Positions 1-14,070 of a DNA stretch of 64,000 nt are shown here, one piece after another. Under the pieces are notes generated by a model. That model had not been told where the DNA came from, searched no databases, and was given only the letters and a program-made list of their open reading frames with translations. The stretch's first letter is position 1; every line of letters starts with the position of its first letter. Position numbers and translations under genes: made by a program. This DNA is from the human T2T-CHM13v2.0 reference genome, Homo sapiens, in the NCBI RefSeq assembly GCF_009914755.1, contig NC_060931.1, one strand, 5' to 3'.

Positions 1-959
1 AGCTTACTTGACAAGAGAATGGTATAGGCAATATACATGACAGAAATTTAAATGAGGTGAAACAAACCTCTCTCTCTCTCTTCTCAGAACCTGGCTAATA
101 GACTTGGAATGGCAGGTTTGATAGGCTTATACTAGTTCCCCATCCAGGTTTAATTTCTCATATCACCCATTAACTTCAACCTCCCTTTATAACAATATTA
201 CCTATGCCTATAAGGAAAATGTTTCTTCAGATTTCAACTGTTATGTACTCTGCAATAGATACTGGATATTTTTTGTACATTTGTTCTGTCAATGTATTTT
301 CTTTTTCCTCTTAGAAACATTCTCTGACATGAATTAAATCTTCGATTAACTGAACTTTGTACAATATCTTGTACACTCAGAATTGCACACACTGGCCTCA
401 TAACCTTCTTAGATACTTGTATCAGATTAGGTTTGGCTTAAATATATATCAGGCTAGATTTTTTTAACTATATACTGCTTATAAGACACATACATAAAAG
501 GGCATAGCCTTCTATCTGGGCACAACCTTTTGTGTGTGTATGTGAATTCGCCCATCTAAGTGTAAAGATTCCATGATCAAAACAAAACAAAACACACAAA
601 CAAAAAACCATGAGGATTTCTATCAGGATTCACTGAGTTATATTTTGGTAGCAAATAAACCTCTAATCCAAATGATGTATGTAATTTGTATGTCTAACAT
701 GGATCAGCAGAAGAGCTTTGATGATTATTGTCTGTCTTTCAGATACCCAGATAGATTGAACAACCACTATCTCTTATGTTGCTGGTTACTATGTTAGAAG
801 AAAGAAGCTCTGGGGCATCTGGCATAAGCAATGTATTGTTCCAGCCTAGAAATGACATGTAATAATTCAGCATTCAAATGATCTGTCTGAATTAGTCACA
901 TGGACCAGTTACCAGTGGCCTAGAGACAGAAGTAGGGAAAATAGTACATATTTGTAATC

Positions 960-1278
960 AGCACCTCAACTGCAAGACTGGCCTTGCCCAAGTCACACCT
1001 TTCCATAGCTGACCACATCTAGAGACTGAGGTGAGGTGAACTAGAGAGGCCTAGCCATTTCCATCACTATTAGGCAACTCTGACAGGCAATCCTTTTTCC
1101 AGATATTTTATCCTGTTGGCCAGAGTTTTGACAATTTTGCATCATAGCTTGACTTGATTTCACTCTCTGTCCAATTCTGCTTCCTCTCCCTTCCTTTAAG
1201 GTGTGTTGATTCATAATAAACATCTTGTGCTTTAAACTTCATCTCAACAGCTGCTTCTGGTATACCCAACCTGTGATA
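960..1278 (+). mobile_element. ERVL solo LTR, LTR16-like (decayed)
   Basis: The 3' end 'aataaacatcttgtgctttaaacttcatctcaacagctgcttctggtatacccaacctgtgata' resembles the LTR16-family terminus (polyA signal ... aacccaacctgcgaca). The 5' boundary is approximate. Confidence 0.55.
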
Positions 1279-1764
1279 GTCTGAAATTGATTCAGACCTT
1301 GTGAACATAACCATTTTACCTTGAAGAACATTTAATTCCTTTATTACATACACTGTCTAATTCTATTTTTGTTAACTTTTCTTTTCTAAGAAGGGTGAGG
1401 AAGTACATTTGCCTGTCATTTATTTTACAAAAACAAAAACAAGTATTTTCAATGCTTGAAAGTTAAAAGTCTGGTTTCATGATTTCTCTAAAAATTATTT
1501 TGCTATAGTTAATTTAATATTTATTTTTAGTCTGGATTCTGGCAAACATAGTGTTTTTATTTCTTTCTTTATTCATCTATGTGTTCATTTGTGTGACCGA
1601 AACTAGATATTTTGTTCCTTAATAGATCGTTTTTCCTTCTACATTAATAGAGCCTTTAATTTTTATCAGTTTTATACCCACTCAAAATTAACACTATATT
1701 TTCCACTATTCCTTTTAGATAGATGTGAACATAGACTAAATTGCAGCCAATAATATAACTATGA

Positions 1765-2357
1765 TAGGTTTGTTGTCCAATGCACTGCAAGTCAATATAC
1801 TGAGACACTAAGTTGAAGCAAAGAAAGAGTTTTAATTTTAAGGCTGCCAAATGAAGAGGTAAGAGGACTCCTCAAATCTGTCTCCCCAAGGAATTTGGGG
1901 CTAGGGTTGGGTTCTTAAGCGTTTTGGTGTCGACCAAAGTGTGGAGACCATTGATTGGTGGAAGAGTGCAGGGTGAAGTCATGGAACAGAGAGGTGGAGA
2001 AACTGCATTTTCATGCTGATTCAGTTCTGTTGTGGGGGTCTTCAAGCTGTTTGGGGTCAGCTGTTCTGCTGGCATTCACAATCTGAAAAATGGTGATCCT
2101 TTAAAAAAAAGTCTTATGATTTTAACATCAGAGATCTTAACTATAAGAACAATCAGGATGCAAATTAATTCTTAAACACAAGCTTTATAGTTCTAATATC
2201 AGAATTCCTATCTATAGGGGCCATGAAGATGCAAATGATCAGTATCTAGTGCTACCTGTTAGTTAGAAGGAAGTAGATCAGAGTGCAGCCTGATTAATGC
2301 TTAAATATAGCTATATTTCTGTCCAGAATTCTTGTTAGCCCTGTGAGGATGGCTTCA
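1765..2357 (-). mobile_element. ERV1 (MER4-group) solo LTR, MER67-like
   Basis: The minus strand starts 'tgaagccatcctcacagggctaacaagaattctggacagaaatatagc...aagcattaatcaggctgcac', which is a typical ERV1 LTR 5' end. The body resembles MER4-group LTRs. The left boundary is approximate. Confidence 0.6.
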
Positions 2358-2749
2358 AAAAGATGTATGAGAATGCGAAATTACAACCTCTAGGACAGAA
2401 AATGAAGAGGGGATCTTATCATTCACTTTCTAAAAATGCGGAAGTAATGGCTGACATCTAGCCATTGTGGACAATGAGGACAAACGGTATGATCTAGGAA
2501 TGATGAAGGAAAAAATTGAATTTACTTAATTCTGGACAATGCAGGGCAACACATCATCCCTGCAAGGCCTAGATTTGGTCTTATATAACACAGAAAATTG
2601 TTTTAGCCACCACTAATTTAGACTTACCCTTGTATGCAGCCAAACTTAATTCTTACTGATACAGATCATTTATTAGTTATGTGTTTTGCATGGGAGTATC
2701 ACTGATTCATAAAAAATTGTTTAAGTAAATGATCAATATATTCACATAT

Positions 2750-3005
2750 AACATAGCATAATGATTTAAATCTTAACTTTGATCCAGTTGGTATGCATTC
2801 AAGCACTGGTTCCAACACGTATTAGCTTTATGGCCTTATACACCTTACTAAGTCCCTCAAGGCCTCACTTTTTAGATTGTTAACTTGTGTTAAAAATAGT
2901 ATCTGCTTCACAGTTTTGTTGGGTGCATTGAATGAGGTAATATATGTCAAATACTGAGCCCTAGGCATAGCACATATTAAAAGCTCATAATATTAGTCAT
3001 TATTG
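2750..3005 (+). mobile_element. MIR SINE
   Basis: MIR core ('ggcctcactttttagattgt...aatagtatctgcttcacagttttgttgggtgcattgaatgaggtaatatatg') and MIR 3' end ('gcatagcacatattaaaagctcataatattagtcattatt'). Confidence 0.7.
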
Positions 3006-4095
3006 ATTTTCTTATATATATATGTAATGATAAACTATGCTCAAAGTAAATGGATGGCATACTTTTGGTATAGGCAAAAGATAAAAATAAGTAAGCCTAT
3101 CTATTCAAAGGAACAACCATAAGGCTATTTGATACTGGTGTGTTTAAATCATGAGGGAAAAGATGATTTATATTCCTAAAATGATACTACATAGAGTCCA
3201 TGATTTTTTTAAAAATCTGCTGTTTTCCCTAGCTATGATGGATATTTTTTTTTTGTTTGTTCACGAAGGTATTGTATCTAGCATTCACAGAAGTAGGACC
3301 CTCACTATGGGCAATTTAAAAAAAAAATGGTGACTCCATAAGGAACACAAAAGCCTTTAAAGAATTCTTGCCACATCTTCTCACTTATTTTAACATCCAT
3401 GAATACATGCAGTCAGAATTCAGCTCTTTGTGTAATTTAAGTGTGACTAAACTTTGAGTAATCAGTTTTGTTCTCTGTATGCTTAGCTTATCTGTCATTC
3501 TTGAGGAGAAAAAACTATACCTAGATTATTCACATTCTGTATTGCTAAAAATAAAAATATCCACTCTTTTTTAGATAAAGTACACCATTTATTTCCTATA
3601 TCATGCTACTTTAAAGAGTGTATTTTTTTATTTAATGTACTAGTATTAGAAATACTTTCATTAAAATGTTTAATTCTTTTAAGACTCCAGGTTATTATAA
3701 GCTAAACTTTCTCCTGATACACACTCAAGGGTGATTTCAGGGCCTACCCTGCTATTTCATGTAGTATATAATAAGCAAGGCACTGGGAATCATGATTCTA
3801 CTAATAACACACTCTATGAATTTAGCTGTCATGCCAGATTTCTAAGTGTAACTTTCTAAGCAGTAAAATGAGAGGCGTCTTCTACAAAGGAGATTCAGAT
3901 TTATTACTTAATTTGTTACATGATCTGCAAAATATGAATAATCTACATTATTTCTTACATAACTAGAATTGTGAACTATAGCATGTTAGGTAACACAATA
4001 TGAATGTTAGCAGCACCAGAATAAATCCTTAATAGTTAAATAACTGTGGGATCTAAAAGTAAGCTTTTATCAATTTGAATAAAGAAATGTAAATA

Positions 4096-4450
4096 CAGTC
4101 AGTCAACTGTATTTAATACACTAGATTTCACATGTGTGTATTCAACCAACTGCAGATAGAAAATTTTCAGGGGAAAACAAATGGATGGATGTATCTGTAC
4201 TGAACGTGTACAGACTTTTATTTCTTGTCATTATTCCCTAAACAATATACTGTAACAACTATTTACATAGCATTTGCATTGTGTTACTCATTGTAAGTAA
4301 TCTAGAGATAATTTAAAGTATATAAGATGATTTATGTAGGTTATATGCAAATACTAACACCATTTTAAATCAGGGACTTGAGCACCTATGGATTTCAGCA
4401 TCCACTGGAGGCCCTGGAATGAATCCCCCAAGGATATTAAGGGATGACTG
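4096..4450. mobile_element. Tigger3 (MER7/Golem)-type non-autonomous Tc1/mariner DNA transposon
   Basis: Termini cagtc...gactg are flanked by TA duplications (4094-4095 and 4451-4452). The internal 'ctgtactgaacgtgtacagac...cattattccctaaacaatatac...aactatttacatagcattt' is typical of Tigger3. Confidence 0.8.
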
Positions 4451-5639
4451 TAGTTTTACACACTGAGTTAGTTTCTGTGTGTGTGTATAAGTGTGTGTAT
4501 GTAGCAGGGAGGGTAATTGCAATTTTGATTGTAGCATTAACATATGGTCCATGATTATGGGTAATTTCTTAGTTCAATTTAAGCAGTTTCATAAAAAAGA
4601 AAGCATGTTTATAGAGTGACTTAGATCAGAAACATTCCAAAATTTGGCTACATTATAAGAAATATCTGCTATTTATAATGTCAGCACCAAATAACATGGA
4701 TTTGTTTATTTAGGGATGTATAATACACTTCTGGAACAATCAGTTTCTTCTGATAGTGAATCATCTTAGGGAAACTTTGTGATATATGCAAAGATATTCC
4801 ATGGGCAATCACAGAAATTTCAAAGATGATTCATGCACATAAAAATCTATAAATCTAATTCTAAAAATGGGATTAGATTTTTTTGAATGGTTCAGCAATT
4901 TTTAAGAACCTGTGATTGCTATATCACCAAAGTAGTTCAGATCAGAATAAGTATATTCATTCTATCAGTACCTCATTCTGCGACCTTATGTTCAGTTTAA
5001 GGATTAGTATTTGCATGTCGCTGAGTATCTCAGCCTTTTTTTTTTTTGCTTTTGCACTAAAGTTCCAATTTTCTAATAGGTTGATATCTGCCCTATTACT
5101 TTTAGTATAATTTTTATATCAATAGGGTTTCATGGAATAGAATTTCCAAATTCTTGAATTCCAAAAATTTTCTGAGTAAGAATTCCAATGAATCTCCTCA
5201 GAATTTTGTGAAAAGAAAGCTATGTGACAGCATTAGTGTTGCTATAAAAATGGATATCTTTAAAAAGAGGAGGATAAAGATAGATTTATTTAATATCTTA
5301 CACTGTCAAATCATGCCATTAATTTGAATTGCATAATTAGTAGGAAAAAAAACCTGAGATAAAGACAATGAAGCTAGGCAAACCACTTTCTTACTCTATT
5401 AGATAAACTATTGAAAGCTTTTTTGCCTTCTCATGCTAATGTCATAGATCTAATCTAGAAAATAAGTGGGTTTTGTTGTTGTTTTTAGTTGTTTGTTTCT
5501 TTTTCTTGTCTATAACACATTTACATATTTCTCACTGCAATGTTATTTGAACTTCTTAGGTCATGATTGTTAACAAGAAAACTAGCAGTATATAGTTGAA
5601 AAAACAGATCGTTAGTTTGTTGGTGACAGAACTCAAGGT

Positions 5640-7520
5640 ACTGTTATTAGAAAGATGTTGATTCCTATTCTAGATCATTTATGTTTTCAAATACTTATAG
5701 AATGAGTTTGTTAATTTCCATCAAAAAATTTTATGGACTTTTTGTCTGAGTTCACATTGAATATATAAATCAAAATGTAGGAAAATGATACATTATCATT
5801 ACTATCTTAATATATTAGAATGGTAAGTATTTATTTAGGATTTTATTGTAATATTTTGAAATTTCAATATTTTTCACATTTAATGATTTCAGATTTCAGA
5901 ATTTCAATGGTTTTCAAATCTATTTATAAAACTTTTGACAATGTTATAAATGGAATTGATTTATTAATTTTATTTTCTAATTGTTTTCTATTGTATATAA
6001 ACATACAATATATATTTGTATACTTGCTTGAGTCTATCAACCTAACTAAACTCACTTATTAGTGCTGATAGTTTTATATGGATTAGTATAATTTCTAAAA
6101 AAGTAATGAGATCATCAACATATGTTGATAATTTACTTGTTTATTCAAATTAATGTTATTTTACTATTTTTTATTTGAATATAATGTTAAATAGATGTTT
6201 TGAATAAAAGAGAGCGAATAACATTGCCTTATTTTCTGTTTTTTGATAGACAGTTTTAATATTTCACCAAATGCATTCAATAAAATGTTGACTAGAAGAG
6301 TCATTCTTCCCTTGAACTCAGCCTATGAAGGAAGTTGTTCAGTATTTCACCATATAACTTATGACATAATAACTTTCTATAATTGTATATTATCTGAGCT
6401 TTTTTGTAAATATCTTTTATTAGATGGATGAAGTTCCCTATTAGTACAGAGTTGAGAGTTTTTATTATGGATATGTGTTAGAAGTTTTTCAAATGTTGTT
6501 TCTAATGTTTTGAACCGAACTTTTAATTTTTATTTTTTACTTCTTATGATTTATTATCCTGTTAATGGTGTGTGCACTATTTTCAAATGAAAAAAAAGGA
6601 AAAGAGCCTTTACATCCCTGGAATAATTCACTTGATCATGATATATTGTCCTTTTTATATATTGCTGGATTAAATTTGCTAATATTGATTAGAAATTGAA
6701 CAATGAGAACACTTGGACACAGGAAGGGGAACATCACACACCGAGGCCTGTTGTGGGGTGGAGGGAGTGGGGAGGGATAGCATTAGGAGATATACCTAAT
6801 GTAAATGACGAGTTAATGGGTGCAGCACACCAACATGGCACATGTATACATATGTAACAAATCTGCACGTTGTGCACATGTACCCTAGAACTTAAAGTAT
6901 AATAAAAATATATATATATAAAAAAAGAAATTTGGCTTCTATATTTATAAGTGATATTTGCCTGCCATTTGACTATATTATGCAAAATAAGATTATTTCA
7001 AAAATATAATTCATTTTCATGAATCTATGGTACTATTGATATATTTATATATGTATTATGATTATAGATACAAATTCATTTTTTTAACAGAAATTAATAA
7101 AAGAAAAAAGATAGCCATTTATATTTATCTATTCTTGGTCTTTCATCTTCTGGCATGGCAGTTCTGGAGTTTCAAGTCTGCTTTAGATGAACAGTTTCTA
7201 ATTTTAGTATGCTTTGTCACAGACTCCAGCTCTTCAACTGCCCTGACCCTTAATCTCTGCTTTTTCAACTCAGTAAGACTGCCATCCTGTTTTGCTTATC
7301 TACATTTTTTGGTTCCCCCAACACATACTCTGCTTTTATTTCCCAAGAACTTGACATAGGCCACAAGCATATATTTGGTTAAACAGGGATCTCATTTTGC
7401 TTTTTATGTCTTTTTTAAAGATTCAAAGACTCCTATTCAATGAATAAAAATTTTGCCTTATTTATTACAGTTGTGTAAGACAGAAAGATCAATATGCTTC
7501 CAATTAATACTATCATGGCT
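5640..7520 (-). mobile_element. old L1M/L1ME ORF2-derived fragments (host of the L1PA insertion)
   Basis: T-rich decayed antisense L1 ORF2 motifs, e.g. 'tttacatccctggaataattcacttgatcatgatatattgtcctttttatatattgctggattaaatttgctaatatt'. Boundaries approximate. Confidence 0.55.
6694..6927 (+). mobile_element. 5'-truncated L1PA (about L1PA3-5) 3' UTR
   Basis: Close match to the primate L1 3' UTR ('aattgaacaatgagaacacttggacacaggaaggggaacatcacacacc...gtaccctagaacttaaagtataataaaa'). It has an A/TA tail and a short TSD agaaatt on both sides. Confidence 0.9.
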
Positions 7521-8173
7521 AGATATGGAAGCCACTTTTGCTTGTTGTTTTAGATTTTAATAAGATCTTATATTCTACTTGTCTCTGTGAGAATGGTATG
7601 AGAATTTGGCCTTCATTAACTGACTAATTCTATTCTTGTTGTAACAATATAAGGATAATATTGTGAACAAAATTATTACACAACACTTTAAAAAAATCTA
7701 TGATTGGTAAATTTTATCTGAATAGATGGGAAGAAGCATATGTAAATGAATCTACCTGAGGAAAACATTATGATTTGGGATTCTCTTCATGCAGTGACTG
7801 ACTTGTAGGGACTCTTGTAACTAAGTATGCCCCTTCCAGAGAAGCATTTAGGGGTTTAAAGAAAATATTTGGCTTTTGTGAGGCATAAGATTTTTAAGTC
7901 AAGGTAGCTCCCATCACTGAATCTTAGTTCCATGTATCGTGTATCATGTGGACAACTACAAAGGAAACTCACTGAAAAAGAAGAGCATGTTATAATTGTT
8001 AATCTAGATCCACCTATGTAGACTGGAACTAAATGTGGCCTATAATATAGTCTTAGAAACTTCTGGTTTCAGCTAATGTCCAGCTGAAACTAAAAGATCT
8101 CTTGGTGTTTAATGCCATGAGGCTTTGTGCACAGCCTACATGTTTTTGATGAAGCCAAAATAATGTTTGAAAT

Positions 8174-8258
8174 CCATCATACTAAAATGATCAGTCTGCA
8201 TTCCACTGAGTCAACAAAGCCATCATACTAACACGGTTATTCTGCATTCCACTGAGTC
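8174..8258 (+). repeat. 46-bp-period tandem duplication (2 copies)
   Basis: 'ccatcatactaa...tctgcattccactgagtc' occurs at 8174-8212 and again at 8220-8258. Confidence 0.85.
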
Positions 8259-8540
8259 CAGATCTTACTTCTGCCACATAGCTTCTTAGGCCAATTCATT
8301 GTTATTTCTGAGTCCTATTCTTCCAGAGACTAGCTTTTGGCAATGCCTTTTTTTCATCTGCCTCCTCTAAACTGCTTCCTTTGTGGACTGTTTCAACAGC
8401 CATACTCCCAAACACAGGGCATTTGAACTTTCTATTTCCCATATCAGAAACTCTGCTGCCACAGATAATTTCATGACTCACTCCTTAAATGTAATGTATG
8501 AACATATGTGCTGAAATGTTTCTGCCCTATTAGAGAAAGA

Positions 8541-8610
8541 GGAGGAGAGGGGGAAAGAGAGAGAGAGACAGAAACAGAGAAAAAGGGAGGGTAAGGAAAG
8601 AGAGAGACAG
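8541..8610 (+). repeat. GA-rich low-complexity tract
   Basis: Purine tract gaggagagggggaaagagagagagagacagaaacagaga... Confidence 0.7.
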
Positions 8611-8772
8611 ATTATGTTGAGTATTTGCTTATGTGTTTATCATATATCTCTCCCCCATAAACACACAAATGCACACACACCCCTCATAGGCTGTCATCTG
8701 AGGTCCCTGGGTGGTAGAGCTTTGTTTTGTTCTCTGCTTTGTGACTGTCATCAGGAAGAGCACCTGGCTTAC

Positions 8773-9170
8773 TGTCATGATTAATTTTATGGGTCAACTT
8801 TACTAGGCCACAGGATTTCCAGATATTTAGTCAGACATTATTCTGTGTTCTGCCAGGGTGTTTTTGGCTGAGATCAACTTCTGAGTTAGTACACTGAGTA
8901 AAGCAGCTTGTCCTCCTTAATGCAGGTGAGCTTCCTTCAATCAGTTGAAGGCCTGAACAAATCACAAAAGCTAACCCTCCTCTGAGTGAGAGAGAATTTC
9001 TCTTGCTTGACTGCCCTTTAACTGGAACAATTGGTCTTTCCTGCCTTCAAATTGAAATATTGGCTCTTCTTGGGTCAAGACTGCCAGCCTTTGGAGAGGA
9101 ACTACCCCATCAGCTCTCCTGGGTCTCTAGTTGGCCAACTCACCCTGTTTCTCTGGAGAACCCTAATATA
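8773..9170 (+). mobile_element. MLT2 (ERVL) solo LTR, MLT2C/D-like
   Basis: Starts 'tgtcatgattaattttatgggtcaact' and ends 'tttctctggagaaccctaatata'. It has a perfect 5-bp TSD cttac (8768-8772 and 9171-9175). Confidence 0.85.
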
Positions 9171-10172
9171 CTTACAATAGGTGCTCAGTATACATTTCTG
9201 AAAATGTTTCATTTTTTCTTACCCATCAGGACATAAATGTGGTTCCTGGATTCTATGTTTGTAATAAATGAATTTATAATTAACAAACCGTAACTATGAT
9301 ATAATTATATCAAAATTAAGCCAGTGTGGTTTAAGAGAAATACAGAGTTTTAACCTTACATATGCTATTATTTCTCTTAGGTAGAAGAAAATGGTATTTG
9401 TTATTTTCTGGTGCTAACGTTAAGAATGTAAATATTTTATAACTGGAATATTTTTAAAGAGCTTAATAAATATTGGAAAATGCTAACAGAAGTTTGGAAA
9501 GAGTATTTGCTAAGTGTAATAGGAAGGGGAGAAACTTAACTGAAGTAATTAATAGATTTGACTATATGAAATTTAGCTTCCATATGGCAAAAAAATAGCA
9601 TTTAATGAATTTAAATAAGGAATAGAGGGAAAAAATTTCAATAAATATGAAGTTAAATTAATATTCATTATATATAAAGTACTATTATGATTAAACAAGG
9701 AGAACAAAGATATCTATAGAAATTAAGACATGGTAAATAAGGAGCAAATTAAATGGGAATGAAAATGGCTGACCCAGGCAAACATAGTAAGTCTAACTAA
9801 TAGCCATGTCAAGTGAAGTAAAGCAAAAGTAAAATATGATTTCCACTGTAAGTTTAGGAAAAAAATCATTGTCTGATAATATCTAATATTTAAAATTGCT
9901 ATAGTATTTTTGGAGGGCATGTGACAAAAACGCTTACAATTTTTAGATTGCAAAGACGTTCATACATTTAGAAATAGCCATTGAAATCGTGCATCATTTT
10001 TGTAAGAGCAAACAAGTAAAAACAGTTATTGGCCAAATTAACTGTAGTGTATCTGTATTATAAAATGCAATTCAACTATTAAAATGAATGAGGTAAATCT
10101 ATATTATTTTAGCAAAAATAATGATTTATAGAATAAGGTATATATCTTATTTATGGTTAAAATATTTGTTTA

Positions 10173-10561
<389 letters not shown>

Positions 10562-10597
10562 TTAATATATATTTTTCTCTTTAAATGAATGGCATAT

Positions 10598-10998
10598 TGA
10601 TACAGTTTGGCTCTGTGTCCCCACCCAAGTCTCATATTTAATTGAAATATCCAGGGTTGGAGAAGGGGCCTGGTGGGAGGTGATTAAATCGTGGAAGTGG
10701 TTTCTAATGGTTTAGCACCATCCCCCTAGTGCTGTCTCATGATAGAGTTCTCATGAGATCTAGTTGGTTCAAAGTGTGTAGCACTCCCCACTTTGCTCTC
10801 TCTCTCTCTCTTCTGCCGGCCATGTGAAGACTGTGGCTGCTTCCCCTTGGCCTTCTGCCATGATCATAAGTTTCCTGAGGACTCCCCGGAAACAAGCTTC
10901 TACAGCCAACACATGTATAAGCCAATTAAACCTCTTTTCTTAACAAATTACCGAGTCTCAGGTTTGTATTTACAGCTGTGTGAGAATGGACTAATACA
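10598..10998 (+). mobile_element. MSTA-like MaLR solo LTR
   Basis: Runs 'tgatacagtttggctctgtgtccccaccca' ... 'gagaatggactaataca'. Near-perfect 5-bp TSD catat/cagat. Confidence 0.88.
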
Positions 10999-11864
10999 CA
11001 GATTATTTCAATAATTGCAATATTTTGAAGAAAAATACTAAAATAAATTTTACATGTATGGAATATTAAGTTTCATAAATGTTTTTATATCTTTCTTGTA
11101 AATGTATATATTATCAGGATGTATACAATAATCAGTTACCATTTTATAATCACAAATTTTTCATAAGAATTAAATAAAAAAGAATTAAATAAATCAAAAT
11201 AAATATTAAGTGATAAATGAATAAAAAATTTACATTGAATAGCTTTCAAAGTCTTAGTGCACAAATATTAAGTGTATTGTAGAAATACATGGTAATTTAA
11301 ATGCATTTTACAAATAATAAAAATTAAATATAAGCATGTAATTAATGGTCACATATAGGATAAAAATGACAAATAATTGGTTGCCAAGATTGATAGCTAT
11401 AAAAAATGTATTCGTATGAGGAATTATAATTGAGTTAAAGATAGTACATTAATACTTTTTTTTCAACTCATGTCCGAAATTATAATATTGAAATGTTTAA
11501 AATATGGGCAAGTAGCTGCAAATGTTTCATAAAGAAGTGATTTTAAAAGGAAAATAGCTATAATCACTGCATCTCATTAACCTCTCTTAAAATAATCTGT
11601 CATATATGAAAAAAGTTTAAACATCTAAAGAAAAACTGAGTTCAAATTGTTCCCCACCTAGAATAAGAGTAGGTTATGTTAAACACGTGGATTTCCCATT
11701 TGTGTAGTAAAAAAGGTATTCACGCCTCAAGGCTGCACTGTAAATTTTTTTTTTCTTTCTGTCTCCTGGATAACACAATACTGCTTGGGAACATGAGACA
11801 ACATACACTTACATGAAATATTTATTATATTGCAGATTCTAGGCATTTTCCTTGCTCTTTATTA

Positions 11865-12290
<426 letters not shown>

Positions 12291-12659
12291 AATAATGTTT
12301 GCATTCATCAAATGATTCCCCATGAATATTAGCTGCTTTGAAAATTCAAGAAAAATAACATACAGAATGTGTCCATGTGTATGGATATGTGCTATGAATA
12401 TGCATTATATACATCCTCCAGAGCGCGGTTTGCATGATTAAAAGCTACTTACAGTTAAAAGGTAGGGAGAATGGGGGTATAGTGATATATTCATTGTATT
12501 AGAGCACTGTACTTTCAAAGAGTTAAAAATAATTTTTCATTTTTTCATATTGTGGTTGTAAACTCCCTGACGAATTAAAGAGAATGGTTTGGGCATCAAG
12601 CCAGCAACTACTGTCTGCATTTTTTCATTCTTTCAAGGCAGAAAAGAGGCAGGTGGCAT

Positions 12660-12965
12660 TTCAGTTTTTATTGAATAGTTAGGAAATTGAAACAGAAAAC
12701 ATAATCCTGTTTCTTGTTTCTCAAAGGTCATACAACTAGTCAGCAGTAGCAAACCTTATAATATCTATAGTTCTGCTTATTATATGAGAGATACTTTATG
12801 TATATTGTATATTTTCACACACAATTGAAACTCTTAAATGAAAATATTATTTTTTATTTAATGCAAATCATGAAACAGGTTCAGAGAGATTAAATCACTT
12901 GCTTCAGGTTAAGATGGTAGAGAGTGGCAAAGCTGAGATTTTAACAAAAATATGTATGCCCCCAA
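12660..12965 (-). mobile_element. MIR fragments
   Basis: 'gaaacaggttcagagagattaaatcacttgcttcaggtt...gagtggcaaagctgagatttt' and 'aggaaattgaaacag...aaggtcatacaactagtcag' are antisense MIR cores. Confidence 0.55.
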
Positions 12966-13879
12966 AACTTTCTACTTCCCTCCCTCAAATAACTGACTAT
13001 ATTAGTGTTCATAGTTAAACTATGCTGGGAATTCGAAGGGAGACATTATAGATATTTAATAACAGAAGAAAACAAATTAGTAGATCTGCTCTATAATATT
13101 CTAAAAGAAAATTCAATTTTATCAATACAATTTACATAATAATCACAGTAACAAAATGCTTCTAATTGCAGTCTTGGTAATTTAATTTAGTTAATAAAGA
13201 AAATTTTTACATTTTAGCTTCTAAGTACTCTGAAGTATGCGCATGTAAGGGAAGCTTGTCTTTTTAAGTGAGATAAACGTGTCATTAATCTATTTACAAC
13301 TTTAGTTTTTTTAATTTAAGTAATGAAAAATGTATATATTAAAACTACCTTCAGATCACATCATCACAGAGTTCCAACTATTGTGCAAGAAATTGTGGAA
13401 TACCTTTTTTTTCTAATCCTAAAACCAGAATTATATTTTCTAACATACCACAATTATTTGTATGGACAGGATTGTTCCCTGCAATGCAAAGCCAGGGAAA
13501 ATAGCTGCTATTTAAATATCATACAGGCTATAAATAATAGCTGCTTCATGAGGGAGAAAGAATGTTTAAAAGGGATATTAACCATTGAATATTTACACAA
13601 TCATAATACTAATAATATTTTGCATTTACGTTGAACTTTTTAGCCAGAGCACTTTTCAGACATTGCATCAATAAACACAAGGCAGTCAACATTCCTTGCA
13701 ATATACCAAAGTAGGACCATGAGTGTGTCATTCAAGTAGACATTTGAACACACAGAAAGAACTGGAAGCACTTATCTGCTAAATTAAAGTTCAATGGTGA
13801 AGAAACCAGAGCAGCAGAGAAATTCTTTCCTGTGTCAATCCAAGGAAATATTTGCTACATTAAAGAGATAGTCACGTAG

Positions 13880-14070
13880 AAAGGAAACACCATTGCATTT
13901 TGACTCTGAAATCTCAGCTATGAACTATACTTAACTTCTCAGTTCTAAAGGGAGAATAATAATTTTTGACCAACTTACTTTCAGGGTCAATATGAAGTAA
14001 AATATGTTAGTATGTAACAATGCATTTTAAATGACATAGAGCTGTACAAACACAGGATATTCTTATTGTA
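13880..14070 (+). mobile_element. MIR fragment
   Basis: 'ctcagttctaaagggagaataataat...tttcagggtcaatatgaagtaaaat...gagctgtacaaacacaggatatt'. Confidence 0.45.

Larger units (their letters stand above)
8380..9205 (+). mobile_element. L2 3' end, split by MLT2 LTR and simple repeats
   Basis: L2 motifs 'cagggcatttgaac', 'ttgttttgttctctgc...agagcacctggc', resuming after the LTR as 'aataggtgctcagtatacatttctgaa'. Confidence 0.55.
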
